Shown in pieces: positions 42,768-56,985 of a stretch of DNA of 64,000 bases. Within the stretch, counting starts at the first letter, position 1. Every line of letters begins with the position of its first letter. The position numbers were made by a program, and so were the translations under genes. The stretch is taken from assembly GCA_951406725.2 (NCBI GenBank), contig OX597830.1, forward strand, positions 9,920,001-9,984,000. Reading direction: 5' to 3'. The notes beneath the pieces are model-generated. The model did no database searches, had not been told where the DNA came from, and worked only from the letters and a program-made list of their open reading frames with translations. This DNA comes from Octopus vulgaris (taxonomy: Eukaryota).

Positions 42768-43163
42768 TCTTTTACTCTTTTACCCTTTAACTTGTTTCAG
42801 TTATTTGACTGCGGCCATGCTAGAGCACCGCCTTTACTCGACCAAATCGACCCCAGGACTTGTTTTTTGTAAGCCTAGTACTTATTCTATCGGTGTCTTT
42901 TGCCGAACCGCTAAGTTACGGGGACGTAAACACACCAGCATCGGTTGTCAAGCGATGCTGGGGGGACAAACACAACACACAAACATATACACACACATAT
43001 ACATATACATATATACGACGGACTTATTTTAGTTTCCATCTACCAAATCCACTCACAAGGCTTTGGTCGGCCCGAGGCTATAGTAGAAGACAATTGCAGT
43101 GGGACTGAACCTGGAACCAAGTGGTTGGTAAGCAAGCTACTTACCACACAGCCACTCCTGCGC
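42768..43163 (-). mobile_element. SINE family B, near full length
   Basis: Head GCGCAGGAGTGGCTGTGTGGTAAG, central microsatellite, tail GAAACAAG..(TAAAAGAG)n. Confidence 0.9.
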
Positions 43164-44089
43164 TCTATCATTATAAAATCTTTTAATATATTAGAAAGGG
43201 GTTTCATTTTGTCGTATTATGTACAATTAGACGTTTAACTATACACAGACATTAACATGTTCTCGTTGGTAATATTGATTTCAAAGTTTGGCTCAGGGCT
43301 AGCAATTTTGGAGGAGCGGGTAAGATGATTACAATGACACCAGTGCTAAACTAGTAATTATTTCATCAGTCCTCAATGATGAATGGTAAAGCCAATCGCG
43401 GCGGAATCTGAACTCAGAGCGTAAAAACGGATAAAATGCTGCTAAGCATTTTGTCCGGTGCAGTATAGATTCGGCCAGCTCGCCGAAACATTAATATTTC
43501 ATGCACGCAGACATAGCTATGTGCTTACTACGCTCGCCTTGCTACCACATGTTTATGAGTTCAATCTCATTGCTTGATGCTTCGGGAAAATGTTGCTTAC
43601 TTCAGTTCCGAGCAGGCCATGCCTTTTGAGCGAACATGGTAGGCGGAAACTGAGAGGAAGCCTGTCGTGTATAAAATTGAATATATATTACATGAATGCA
43701 TCTTGTTCCTTCTACTTCTTTCCAGCCATTGGACTGCGGCCGTGGTGGGACGTTACTTTGATGGACTTAGTCGAACAAATCGACGCTGGGACATATTCTG
43801 GTTTAAAACTCTGCTAGTTACTCTCATTTACTTTTACCGAACCGCTAAGTAACGAGGTGGAAAACAACTGAACATCGGCTGTCACGCAAACACACGACTG
43901 GTTTCTACCACAGTTTCTCTCGCATTCCCTCACGAGGTATTGGTCGACTCGGGATTATATTGGAAGGCACTTATCGAAGTTGATGCTCAGCGGGACTGAA
44001 CGCGATGTCACGTGTTTGTAAAGCAAGTTGCTTAACCAGACCCACCCCATGCCTGCGCCTAAATTTGTCATTACATTATATGATATTGA

Positions 44090-44932
44090 ATATTCTTTTC
44101 TACTTTAGGCACAAGGCCCGAAACGTTATCGGTGTGGGGCAGTCGATTAGATCTACTCCAGTACGCAACTGGTACTTAATTTATCGACGCCGAAAGGATG
44201 AAAGGCAAAGTCGACCTTGACGAAATTTGAACTCAGAACGTAAAGGCAGACGAAATACCTATTTCTTTACTACCCACAAGGGGCTAAACACAGAGAGGGC
44301 AAACAAGGACAGACAAACAGATTAAGTCGATTATATCGACCCCAGTGCGTTACTACTACTTATTTAATCGACCCCGAAAGGATGAAAGGCAAAGTCGACC
44401 TCGGCGGAACTTGAACTCAGAACGTAACGGCAGACGAAATACAGCTACACATTTCGCCCGGCGTGCTAACGTTTCTGCCAGCTCGCAGCCTTAAAATATT
44501 CTTTTCTACTCTAGGCACAAGGCCTGAAGTTTTGGGGGAGGGGGCAAGTCGATTAGATCGACTCCAGTACGCAACTGGTACTTAATTTATCAATGCCGGA
44601 AAGATGAAAGGTAAAGTCGACCTTGACGAAATTTGAACTCAGAACGTAAAGACAGACGAAATAACGATAAGCATTTCAACCGGCGCGCTAACCTTTCGTA
44701 TTTCTTTATTGCCCACAAGGGGCTAAACATAGAGGGGACAAACAAGTACAGGCAAAGGGATGAAGTCGATTACATCGGCCGCCAGTGTGTAACTGGTACT
44801 TAATTTATAGACCCCGAAAGGACGAAAGGCAAAGTTGACTCCGGTGGAATTTGAACTCAGAACGTAACGGCAGGCAAAATACCGCTAAGCATTTCGGCCG
44901 GCGTGCTAACGTTTCTGCCAGCTCACCGCCTT
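44090..44932 (-). mobile_element. Two adjacent nested/dimeric SINE family A units
   Basis: Four cores with alternating tail 2 and tail 1; flanked by TATGATATTG(A/T)ATATT on both sides. Confidence 0.9.
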
Positions 44933-47269
44933 ATGATATTGTATATTATACACTATTAATTCACATACCTTTTACCTACTTAGAGAAGAAACGGTAAACA
45001 TAAACACATTGATTTTTCAACTTATAGGCCATTAGCGTTATACTGGTACGTTTTTTTTCTTCTTTCCAGTTTCTAGTCCTTGGGTTATTTAACAGGTTGT
45101 ATACGCATTCTATTGTAAACATTAAACTATGTCTGTTTTCCCCCAGAATAACTTTCTCTGTTCTTATCATCTCCTACGGAAGTCCCCGAAAAGTGTGTTA
45201 TAGCGCTGCCCTTCATTCTCATTGAAAAAAAGAAAATCTTATAAAATAGTTACTTAATTCGCCACGCTTTAGTTCCTCTGGTTGTCGGGATTTTCTCTGC
45301 TGTTCTATTCAGGGAACGAATTATCGTTCAGCCGCATCAAAATACACAGTCTCTGTTGCCAGGAATCCCTGCAGCTGTGCTGTTGCCAAGCCTGACATTA
45401 TCTTTACACACGATTCCTAGATGAGAAATTTGTTGACAAGTCTAACATTATTATCTTTACACATAATTCCAGCATGAGTTGTGTGAAACTATGAAACTGT
45501 CGGACACATTATGAAGTGACTGGTGGCAAATGTTTAAGTAATTAATCCACAACTGTAAACATCCAAAGGCAGCACCGTTTACCTGGCAGAGTTCAAGACC
45601 TCCGTAACTAGACTCTGGTTGTCTCAGTAAAGTTATCACTTCACACAACTGGTGGTCTCATTTCGTGGGTCAGTGGTTCGCATAGAGAAAGACATTCAGT
45701 TATCAAATACTTGTTTCAAATTTTGTGCAAGTATCTGCAAACTATCCTTCAAAACCCCTCCATTCAACCCATGTCGGTAGGATAAACAAACAGAAATATC
45801 TCGGTTGTTGTTGTTGATGTTGTTGTTGTCATGTTAGTTTTATGTCAAAGAATGCCAATGCAGTCACAAGTTATTCCAATATATTCAACGTTTGCCACGC
45901 TATGAATATGTCTCCGATCATATTACAATTATTCTTTATGTGTGAATGTATGAGCGTAACGATATCCTGCAGTCACCACGCCCGCAGTTGAACCTGGATA
46001 ATTAAAGATCAAGGCAGTTAAGTTCTTTCTTAAGTTTTAGCACAACACGGTGCACAATTTCTTTAGAATATACAGCGTTTCTCTTTTGTCGTTTCTCTCT
46101 CTTTTATTAGAGGTTCTCGTCATCTGCTAAATATTGCCTTATTTCTATCTTCACAGAAAAATACACAACCCCACCTCCGCCGAATTCTATTGTTGAAACA
46201 CCTCTTTTCGCAATATTTTCCCACAATTTCTTCTTCTTCAGAACATAATCATTTTACTCTAACAAACTGACAGAATGAGATAATGAAAACGATATTTCGC
46301 TAAAACATTAAAGATCTTATATTTCAGCTTTCTACACGTTGTTGTTTCATCCCCCACTTGCCGTCAAATCTCAACCATAACATTAAACAATGCATCATCC
46401 TAGATATGATACCTCAAAACTAACTTTTATGCTATATCTATCTATCTAATTATCTTTTAAAAACCACATATATACTGTGAGACAACAATTTTTTTATTTC
46501 TCATAAAAATGCTATAACTCTTTCGCTGTTCATCTCTATACGAATCGGCTAAATATCTCTGAAACACTAGATTTTCTTCACACTCTGCTGTTTCATATAT
46601 TTTTTATATGCGAGACAACGGCGACAATTTGGCAGATACATTAGATTGTGAGGTAGACCGTTTTATGTGTTAGTTCAGAATATTTCCAATCTTTGTTCAA
46701 ATTCCACTGAGATTAAATTTGCCTTTCGTCATTTCAAGGTCGATAAATAAAATACAAACTGTAAACGGTTGGACTGGCGTAATTGTAAGAGCATCGAGTG
46801 AGATGCATCGCCGAAACTATGTAGCTTTGCGCATTTTGCTTTCAAACACTGCTCCATTATACTAAAAAAAATTGAACGTTGACACTTATTAAGGGTGTTG
46901 CAAAATAATAGTTAGTGTCAGTTGTCACTACTACCAATACAACCCCTAATATAAATACAAATCTCACTTCTTGGAGGTAAATGGTTATGTCAGAATCGTT
47001 ACTTCTCGACAAAATATTTAACCAAAGCTCAAAACGAGGTTGACATCGGCAGAATTCGGACTTACGGCATAAAGTTACACATAACCCCTTAGTGCCAGAT
47101 ATTTAGTCCCTTGCTTAATCTATTCTGTTAAACACTATCCTAGTGGCTGTGGGGTCAGTTGGAAAGTTATGCAGTATTTCATTTACAATTTAGGGATCTT
47201 TAATCAAATCGTGCGATAGTTGTATTCATCTGCCTTTGTGTTTATCATTCAAGAACATATTCTTTTATT

Positions 47270-47660
47270 CTATTATTCTTTTGCCTGATTCAGTCATTTG
47301 AGTGCTGTCATGCTGGAGCACCGTTTTGAAGGGTTTTCAGTCGAACAAATCGTCCCCAGGACTTATTTCTTACTTTAAGAGTCGTTTATATCGAACCGTT
47401 ATGTTACAGGGACGGAAATATACCAACACCTGTTGTCAAACAGGGTGGGGTACAAAGACACACACACATACGCACAAACATACATACATATATATACGAC
47501 GGGCTTCTTTCAGTTTCCGTCTACCAAATCCACTCACAAGGCTTCGGTTTGCCCGAGGCTATAGTAGAAGACACTTGCCCAAGGTGTCACGCAATGGGAC
47601 TGAACCCGGAACCATGCAGCTGGAAACAAGCTTCTTACTACACAACCACTACTGCCTATA
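47270..47660 (-). mobile_element. SINE family B
   Basis: Homology to the other family B copies. Confidence 0.85.
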
Positions 47661-47746
47661 TCCTTATTATATATATATATATGTATATATACATGGGTTT
47701 GTGTGTGTGTTTGTGTTTATGAGTGTGTGTAATATAATGAAAATAA

Positions 47747-47979
47747 AGGCGGCGAGCTGGCAGAAACGTTAGCGCGCCGGGCGAAATGCTTAGCAGTATT
47801 TCGTCTGTCGTTACGTTCTGAGTTCAAATTCCGCCGAGGCCGACTTTGCCTTTCATCCTTTCGGGGTCGATAAATAAAGTGCCAGTTTCGCTCTGGGGTC
47901 GATGCAATCGACTTAATCCCTTTATCTGTCCTTGCTCGTCCCCTCTATGTTTAGCTCCTAGTGGGCAGAAGAGAAAGAG
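47747..47979 (+). mobile_element. SINE family A, full-length monomer with TSD
   Basis: GGCGGCGAGCTGGCAGAAACGTTAGC.. to tail 1; ATAATGAAAATAA on both sides. Confidence 0.92.
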
Positions 47980-48526
47980 ATAATGAAAATAACCCTTTAA
48001 ATTATAGGCACAAGACCTGAAAATTAGCTCGATTGGGACTTATTTCAACGATCCCCAAAATGATGTAAAGGAAAGTTAAACCCAGAGGTATTTGAACACA
48101 GAATGTAAAGACGGACGAAACCCCGCTAGGCGTGCTACCGATTCTGCCAGCTTACCGCCTGGCAGTTTAATGAAGGTAACCCTTTAACTACAAACACAAA
48201 GCCAGCAATTTTGCCGGAGGAGACAAGTCGATTGCCTCAACACCAGTTCTAGACTGGTGCTGATTTTATAGACGTTGAAACGGATGAAAGGCAAAGTCAA
48301 CAATGATAGGCCGATTAAAAATATGTTTATTTAGTGTGTGGAGGGGGGGATGCCTGTAATATTTGTATCTTCTGTTTATATATGTTCATGTAATTTGTAA
48401 TTTTATGTGTTCATGTAATTTGTATATATATATATAAATTTATATAAATAAGGATAAGATCGTTAATTTAAATTAAATAACGATCTTATCAAGTGGCCAG
48501 CATGAGAAAAAAACCTTTAAAGGTAA

Positions 48527-48900
48527 TAATTATTATTAAAATTATAACTTAGGGTATCTAGGAGATACCGCCATGCTGAAAATAACAGCCATGATCTGAC
48601 TATAAAACCACCTTTAAGTGTTCATATAGCACACGGAAAGAAGACAAAAAGACAGAATAAAACTAGTAAAAAAATTAGTAAAAAATTTCTGGATAAATCC
48701 AGATCCCGGATTTCTAGATTTTCAGAAATCCGGGATCTGGAATTATCCAGACATTTTTTACTAGTTTTATTCTGTCTTTTTGCCTTCTTTCCGTGTGCTA
48801 TATGAACACTTAAAGGTGGTTTTATAGTCAGATCATGGCTGCTATTTTTAGCATGGCGGTATCTCGTAGATACCCTAAGTTATAATTTTGATAATAATTA
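48527..48900. repeat. Inverted repeat (~180-bp arms, 8-nt loop) in a (TA)n-flanked element
   Basis: 48527-48715 is the reverse complement of 48724-48900 with few mismatches and one short indel; loop AGATTTTC. Confidence 0.95.
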
Positions 48901-49070
48901 CATATATATATATATATGAGCGAACGATATATATATATATATGTATATTGTTAGCTCACACTCGTACTGACTTTCATGGGAAACATGTATTTTTGTGGTT
49001 GAAACCTATTGGATCTATTACTAGTGCTAGAGTGAGCCACATAGTGACCACTCTCTTATATTTATTTTTG

Positions 49071-49110
<40 letters not shown>

Positions 49111-49370
49111 TATATATATGCATGCATACATATATGTACATATTTATTTATAGATGTATACATACAAATATATATGTGTGTGTGTCTGCGTCTAATTATG
49201 TCTGTGTATGCATTTATGCGTATATGTGTTTGCATGCGTAAATAGACCTATTTAAATACACTTGTTTATAATTCGTGTATTTCGTGATGTACCTACACAC
49301 ATGCATAATATACATACATATATATATATATACATTGTCTGATTGGATGCGCATATATGCACACACACGC

Positions 49371-49405
<35 letters not shown>

Positions 49406-49495
49406 CACACGCACACACACACACACACATATATATATATACGTTTATATATTTGTTGTGCAAGATTTTTTATGTGAAGTCGTCTGTTGAAACAG

Positions 49496-49964
49496 ATATT
49501 GTTATATTTCGGAATGGTCATTTTGCCAGTTTAGCCAATAAAAACACACGCACTTTTATATTTGGTGTTACTTTGCTTCAGTGTTATTTATTTTTTGCGT
49601 TAAACTTAATCTTATTTCGGCCAGAGTTCTTTCGTCACACTCCTGTGACCGCATCAGTGGTCTTTTGCTTTCTTCTTTTTTATTTGTGTGTCTCTCCTTA
49701 CTACCAATTTCTTACTGAACAACCAAACAACCAAACAAATGATTTACAAAAATGGCTGACGGTTAGTAAGGAGAGACACACAAATAAGAAAGAAGAAAAC
49801 AAAGGACCACTGATGCGGTCACAGGAGTGTGACGAAAGAACTTTGGCCGAAATAAGATTAAGATTAATGTAAAAAATAAATAACACTGAAGCAAAGTAAC
49901 ACCAAATATATAGTGTGTGTGTGTGTTTTTATTGGCTAAACTGGCAAAATGAACATTCCGAAAT

Positions 49965-49974
<10 letters not shown>
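49496..49974. repeat. Inverted repeat (~208-bp arms, ~60-nt spacer), each arm with a hammerhead-like motif
   Basis: 49496-49703 vs 49764-49974; motifs at 49619-49662 (-) and 49804-49848 (+); same family as about 10133-10470. Confidence 0.92.
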
Positions 49975-50023
<49 letters not shown>

Positions 50024-51044
50024 AATGGAGGAATTCCAACCAACAGCTCAACAGCTCCTTTATAGGATCAAGTGGCTAAAGACATCATTAGGAGGAACCC
50101 TATCCGGTTTCAGCCCCTATTCTTCTACTGTTTTCTACGTGGCGCCCTCCACCGGCCTTTCGTGGATGTCTTCAGCTCTGGTGTTGAGGGCGTTTCTTCC
50201 TCCTCCTTTTTTTGTTTGTTCTTTGGGTTCTTCGATGCAGCGTCAACGAATATCACCGGGCGATTGAGCATCCTGATAAATTTCCCCTTAAATAATCGCC
50301 GGAAGGCTCCTGAGGCCAGCAACAGCTAACTGTCACGTGACGCTATCTAACCTTCAACTGACCATTGGAGGGGAAGGACGTGTAGTTTTGTCCCTTCCAA
50401 CAGTGTCGTCTTAGTTTCGGTTCCAGCAGCCAAGCAGTTCCAGCTGTTTGGTGGTACAAGCCTTCAAACCAGGAGAGGGGCGAATCACTACTGAGCCGGA
50501 CAAAATGCTTAGCAGCATTTCATCCGTTTTTACGCTCTGAACTTATATTCCTCCGGGGTTGGCTTTATCTTTCATCTTTGGAGGCCGATGGAATAATTAC
50601 TAGTTGAGCACTAATGTCAGTGTAATCATCTTACCCCTTTCTCGCTACCTTGGCCCACCTGTCAATCAGCAATGTTGCTTAAGTGCCCGCGGGCCTCACC
50701 AAGAGAAGCTATTTCCCAGTCGGCATGTTATGGCTTTCGAGCCATTTTGGGTCTTCTCGTTTCAGTCATATATAGAAGCTGGCTTTGTCGATTGCCACCT
50801 GTATCCTTCTTCTTACTTTTCTCAGCACTGAGCTCGAAAATGCAAATCTTCTTATAGATATAGATATAGATATAGATATAGATATAGATATAGATATATA
50901 TCTATGCATGTTTGTATGTATGTATCTTTATTTACATATCCATATGTTTGCCATGTTTCAGTGTATATACGTGTATATTCGTATGTGTGACAGTTTTGTG
51001 TACGGGCATGCGTGTGTGTGTGTGTGTGTGTTATTATACATTCT

Positions 51045-51460
51045 TTTATTCTTTTATTCTTTTACTTGTTTCAGTCATTTGACTGCGGCCATGCTGGAGC
51101 ACCGCCTTTAGTCGAGCAAATCGACCCCAGGACTTATTCTTTGTAAGCCCAGTATTTATTCTATCGGTCTCCTTTGCCAAACCGCTAAGTGACGGGGACG
51201 TAAACACACCAGCATCGGTTGTCAAGCAATGCCAGGGGGACAAACACAGACACACAAACACACATACATATATATATATATATATACATATATACGACAG
51301 GCTACTTTCAGTTTCCGTCTACCAAATCCACTCACAAGGCATTGGTCGGCCCGGGGCTATAGCAGAAGACACTTCCCCAAGATGCCACGCAGTGGGACTG
51401 AACCCGGAACCATGTGATTGGTTAGCAAGCTACTTACCACACAGCCACTCCTACGCCTAT
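51045..51460 (-). mobile_element. SINE family B, full length
   Basis: Complete head, central (TA)/(TG) tract, 3' half and (TAAAAGAA)n tail. Confidence 0.93.
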
Positions 51461-52218
51461 ACATGATTATAATCCATGTACCTTTACGTGTACGACATCG
51501 TGTTCGTATTTATTTTTCTGTTTCTCACTCAATATAAGTTAACATGTATACAAGAAATGTAAACAAATGTCTCCTTTTCCATCCCCACCCCCGTTCTGCT
51601 CGTTCTACAACTTTTTAATACAATTAATAAATAGCAAAATACTGCAAAATACATGTCTTTTACTCCTGAATTCTATACTACGCTATTTTCTTGTTTATAT
51701 ATTTCTTTCGTATTTGATATACTCTTTCTGTTCTTTCACACAAACAGAATGCAGTATCTAAACCGAAAAAAAATTGGCAAAAACCAGGAAGAATTTCTTT
51801 CTTTTTTTTTTTTTTTTTTGCTATTTTGTTGCTTTTGTTTAACTGAACAACAAACTGAAACTAAAAAAAAAACAAGTACAAATAAAATATTAGGAAATAC
51901 TTTCTTTAATCGTGTTCTTAATGTCCATGAATCGATAATATGTAACACGCTTTCTCTATTCCTCGGAGCTTCAGAAACACATACTACTTAAGTGCTAACG
52001 ATTGCAACTAATTCTTATCAAATCGCGGAAGAAAAAAACACACCGCGTTGATCGTTTTACTCATCTTTTACTTACTACAATAATAACAATAATTATTTCT
52101 ACGATAGTAGAAGGCTGAAATATAGGGAGATGAGGAGAATCGATTACATTGACACCATTATCCGCCTGGTACTTTATAGTATTCATTTATTTTCCGAAAA
52201 GTTAAAATATTATATAGG

Positions 52219-52296
<78 letters not shown>

Positions 52297-52397
52297 CATA
52301 TATATATGTATGTATATACATATATACATATACCTATATATATGTACATGTCTATATATATATATATATACATAATAATAATAATAATAATATAACA

Positions 52398-52460
<63 letters not shown>

Positions 52461-52461
<1 letters not shown>

Positions 52462-52565
52462 GGGAATATAACTCCAAACTTACAGGGAAAAATTCAATTT
52501 AGTATTAAATCAAATTTCACAGTATAAAGATATGAAATATGAACTAGACATAAAACCATTATTAT
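52461..52565 (+). mobile_element. End fragment of a microsatellite-associated repeat family
   Basis: AGGGAATA..TCCAAA.TTACAGGGAAAAA.TCA.TTTAG.ATTAAATC.AATTT also occurs inverted at about 60730-60895; both abut (TAA)n or (TA)n. Confidence 0.7.
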
Positions 52566-53010
52566 GCATCTCAAACAGTGATAGACATAAACCAATACAT
52601 AAATAACAACTAATGTATATATACACAAATTGTTCTGCAATTTCTTATTGAACAACCAAACAACCACACAAATGATTTGTTTATAGTGTTCAAATAATTG
52701 TGTTTCAGATTAGTTCCCGCATCCGCCCTCCATGAAATTGATATTACCTGTACAGGTGCATGGTGTGTCACATGTCAGAGCAAAGTGAGACGACGTGTTT
52801 TGCTCAAGAACACAACACACAATCCGCTCTGTGAATCGAACCCACGATTTCGCGACCACGAATGCAGTCTAGGGCCACTAGGCCATAGCCCATGCGCACA
52901 TACATGGCACACACACACATACACACACAAACACACCCCACACATATACATCTATGTGTGTTTCTGCGTGTGTCTGTGTGTGAGTGTGTGAATATATATA
53001 AATATATAAA

Positions 53011-53241
53011 AGGCGGCGAGCTGGCAGAAACGTTAGCGCGCCGGGCGAAATGCTTATCGGTATTTCGTCTGCCCCTACGTTCTGAGTTCAAATTCCGCCG
53101 AGGTCGACTTTGCCTTTCATCCTTTCGGGGTCGATAAATAAAGTACCAGTTACGCACTGGGGTCGATGTAATCGACTTAATCCCTTTGTCTGTCTTTGTC
53201 TGTCCCCTCTATGTGTAGCCTCTTGTGGGCAATAAAGAAAT
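53011..53241 (+). mobile_element. SINE family A, full-length monomer with TSD
   Basis: Near-consensus copy; ATATATATAAATATAT on both flanks. Confidence 0.93.
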
Positions 53242-53682
53242 ATATATAAATATATGTATGTATGCATGTGTGCTTGTATGTAAATGAGTAGTTATGTACA
53301 GTAAAGATGTCCACGAGAAAATGTCACATCTTCGCAGTAGCAATTGACAAAGCATCATTCACAGAGTTTTTTTCTTTTTCTGGATTGCTTCTCGGTTTCA
53401 CAGACACAGTACACAATTCTCTTATCTCATATACATACATACACACATATACACACATATAAACATACACATACACAGATATAGAAACATATATATACAC
53501 ACACATTTATATTTATACATATACATATATATATATATATTTATCTATGTATATGTGTATATATATATGTAAATATGTATATATGTGTGTATATATATAT
53601 ATATATGTATATATATGTGTGTATATATATATGTATCTATGTATATATGTGTATATATATATGTATCTATGTATATATGTGT

Positions 53683-53772
<90 letters not shown>

Positions 53773-54163
53773 GCCTGTATATATATCTATATATATATAT
53801 CTTTGTCGTGTCAGTGTGTCATACGAGCTTCAGCATCATTAAATAAGCAACAAGTTAAAATTAAAGGAATACACTTGACTTCGCCTTCCCCAACGGATGT
53901 TTATAGAAACAATATATCTATCTGACTTCTGGAACACAATCTGCAGAAATCAGAATAAGAGAATTCCTCAAGGAAACCAAAAACCTGCTCATGGTCCAGA
54001 GTCTGTCTCCTCGCGAACATGTTGTCAGAATAAACAATTACATACAACTTCCTATGGTTGGGGCAACGCCTGCATTATGCGAAATGCTGCAGACTTTATT
54101 TTCAATTGCACATAGGGACATGTATGAGAAATAACATTCTATAAGCTATGCATGTGATTGGTT

Positions 54164-54201
<38 letters not shown>

Positions 54202-54269
54202 TACATACATACATACATATATATATACATACATATATACATACATACGTACATATATGCATACATACG

Positions 54270-54303
<34 letters not shown>

Positions 54304-54343
54304 TACATACATACATACGTACATACATACGTACATATATGCA

Positions 54344-54375
<32 letters not shown>

Positions 54376-54401
54376 CATACATATGTACATACATACATAT
54401 A

Positions 54402-54433
<32 letters not shown>

Positions 54434-54474
54434 GACATACATGCATATATATACATACATACATACATACATAC

Positions 54475-54872
54475 AGCGGCTGTGTGGTAAGTAGCTTTCT
54501 TACGAACCATATGGTTCCAAGTTCAGTCCCACTTCGTGGAACCTTCGGTAAGTGTCCTCTACTATAGCCTCACACCAACCAAAGCCTTGTGAGTGGATGT
54601 GGTAGACGGAAACTGAAAGAAGCACAACATATATATGTATATATATGCGTGTGTGTGTATGTTTGTGTGTCTGTGTTTGTCTCCCCAACATCGCTTGACA
54701 ATAGATGCTGGTGTGTTTACGTCCCCGTAACTCAACGGTTCGGCAAAAGTGACCGATAGAATAAGTACTGGGCTTACAAAGAATAAGACCTGGGGTCGAT
54801 TTGCTCGACTAAAGGCGATGATCCAGCATGGCGACAATCAAATGACTGAAACAAGTAAAAGAGTAAAAGAGT
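54475..54872 (+). mobile_element. SINE family B, full length
   Basis: A and B boxes, central microsatellite, tail GAAACAAGTAAAAGAGTAAAAGAG. Confidence 0.92.
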
Positions 54873-55044
54873 ATATATATTGTCAAGGTACCTTGTACGC
54901 GATCTCATACCCTATCCATGTTGGATGCTGTAGCTTTCTTACCTATTGCGGTGCCCCTATTTCCTCCGGATGGCAGGGCTGGAATCCTGCTGAATAAAGA
55001 AAATTACCAAGGAGATAAGTACGGCAGCTGACACAATGTGAATG

Positions 55045-55356
55045 TTTGGGATTGCACCTAGAAAGTAACCCTCCAAGACACTAGTCCGGGCAAGGTTGTT
55101 TTATGGAAGACCAACAGTCGCCTTTGCATACCAGACTCCCCTCGCCACGTAACAGATGTTACCCAAGGAAAAGGCAAAGGCCGATACACCTTGGCATCAG
55201 TGAGGTCGCAGCTCATTTCTACAGCTGAGTGCACTGGAGAAGCGTGAAATAAATTATCTTACTCAAGAACTCAACACTTAGCCCACTCCGGGAATCGAAC
55301 TCACTACCTCATGATTGTGTTCCCAAACCTCTAACCACTGAGTCATGCATCTTCAC
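55045..55356 (-). mobile_element. tRNA-derived SINE family D
   Basis: Minus strand TGACTCAGTGGTTAGAG (A box), GAGTTCGATTCCC (B box), TTCTTGAGTAAG..CACTCAGCTGTAGAAATGAG; related fragments at 17438, 23414 and about 52770-52895. Confidence 0.8.
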
Positions 55357-56224
55357 ATTGCTTATGTCATTCTAAATTCCGTTATTATCATAATCTACGC
55401 ACTCTGTAAGGTATTTATGGAAAATGTCACGAAACAATTTACTTTTTCTGAAAGTTATGAGTAAACAAAGGCAACTCTTTGAATGTTTCAAAACTCCACT
55501 TCCTACTCAACGTACAATTTTTTCACAACAAATTCCGACATAATCGGAATCGACACTATTTGAAGAGCATTCATAGAAAATTTCATAACAAACATATTCA
55601 TTATTCTGGAAGTTTCGAGTAAAAAAAAAAAAAAGTGTAGGGGTGGGGCACACGTGTGTAAGTATGCCAAGGAATGTAATATGAATTCTTTGTAGAATGT
55701 AACGGTTGAAAGAGTAAAAAATAGAGTAGATAGCAAAACGATTAAATATTCCAAAGCAATTGGTAACAGAATATGCATCCAATATCAAAAAGCAATCTAT
55801 GAACGCGAAATTCAATCTGTCCGTCCGTCCGTGACCCCTATGCCTTTGTCTACAATTGCTCTACATAGACATATTGTACATTTTTTTGGAATCAGGATGA
55901 TCTCGGGATTGAAACTCTGCCCTTCATTTGGTTCTTGAACATGCATCTTTGGGATCAGGTCTAGATGAGGATATGTTAACAGTTGAAAAGATCTCAAAAA
56001 ATTTCTGAACTCACAAGTTTTTCATTTAAACTGAATTCAAAGTAATACCAAAACTCTGTGAATTTAAACAATATTTTCAATTCAGTTAATTTAAAACTAG
56101 ATCCAAGTTAGAAGGAGAGGTTTCATGTTCATGAGGTTTCGAAGTTCCGCGGAGTTTGTGAAGGTAATATTAAAGAACTCAAACTTTTGGACCAAATCGG
56201 ACCTTCGACCAGATCGGACTTTAG

Positions 56225-56985
56225 GCAGAATCAATTCAGATATTTTCCTGGATCTGAGAAATGGAAGCATTCAGAAAGACAGTAATGAAGACATAACATT
56301 TCCAAATGGTTGCTGTCAAAACTGTTGAAGGGTTGAGTACCAAGGTTTACTCAAACATTGGACATAATTTTCAAGATCATGATTGGATTTGTGAAAGATC
56401 CATACCTGCACCGGAGAATGAAACTATCCAGGTTGTCAATTGGAAACTTATGCAATCAATCAATAAATACTGAATAAAAAAAAGGATTTCTCAATCGATA
56501 CGATAGTGGACCCCAATGTGGCTGTGAATTATCCTACTTTGGATCCTTCTGGAATGTTTTCTCACAAACTGACATTGAAGAATGGAGTTCCAATCATGCT
56601 TTTGAGCAATCTGGATCCTCCAAAGCCGTGTAATGGAACAAGACTGATTGCTAGGTAAATGCATCTACATCTTTTAGAAGCAACAATTTCCACTGGACAA
56701 GAAGAGAAAGAAAATGTGTTCGCACCAAGAATTCCACTGATTCCAGCAGATATACCTTTGAATTCAAGAGACTTCATTTACTAGTAAGAGTTAGATTTGC
56801 AATGCCAATTAACAAATGTCAGAGATAAACACTGAAAGTTGTTGGACTTCACCTCATGTAGCAGTACTTTTCTCATAGTCAACCCTATGCTGGTTGTTCC
56901 AGAGTTGAAAATGGCAACAATCACTTCGTACTCACACCAAATCGGAAAACAAAGAATGTTGTTTCATGCAGCTGCCTTACAGGGA
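56225..56985 (+). pseudogene. Helitron PIF1-type helicase C-terminal remnant
   Basis: Read through stops and frameshifts: HDWICERSIPAPEN, SIDTIVD..VNYPT, DPSGMFSHKLTLKNGVPIMLLSNLDPPKPCNGTRL, PRIPLIPAD.P, VRFAMPINKCQ, FSHSQPYAGCSRV. These are recognisable Helitron RepHel helicase motifs. Confidence 0.92.
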
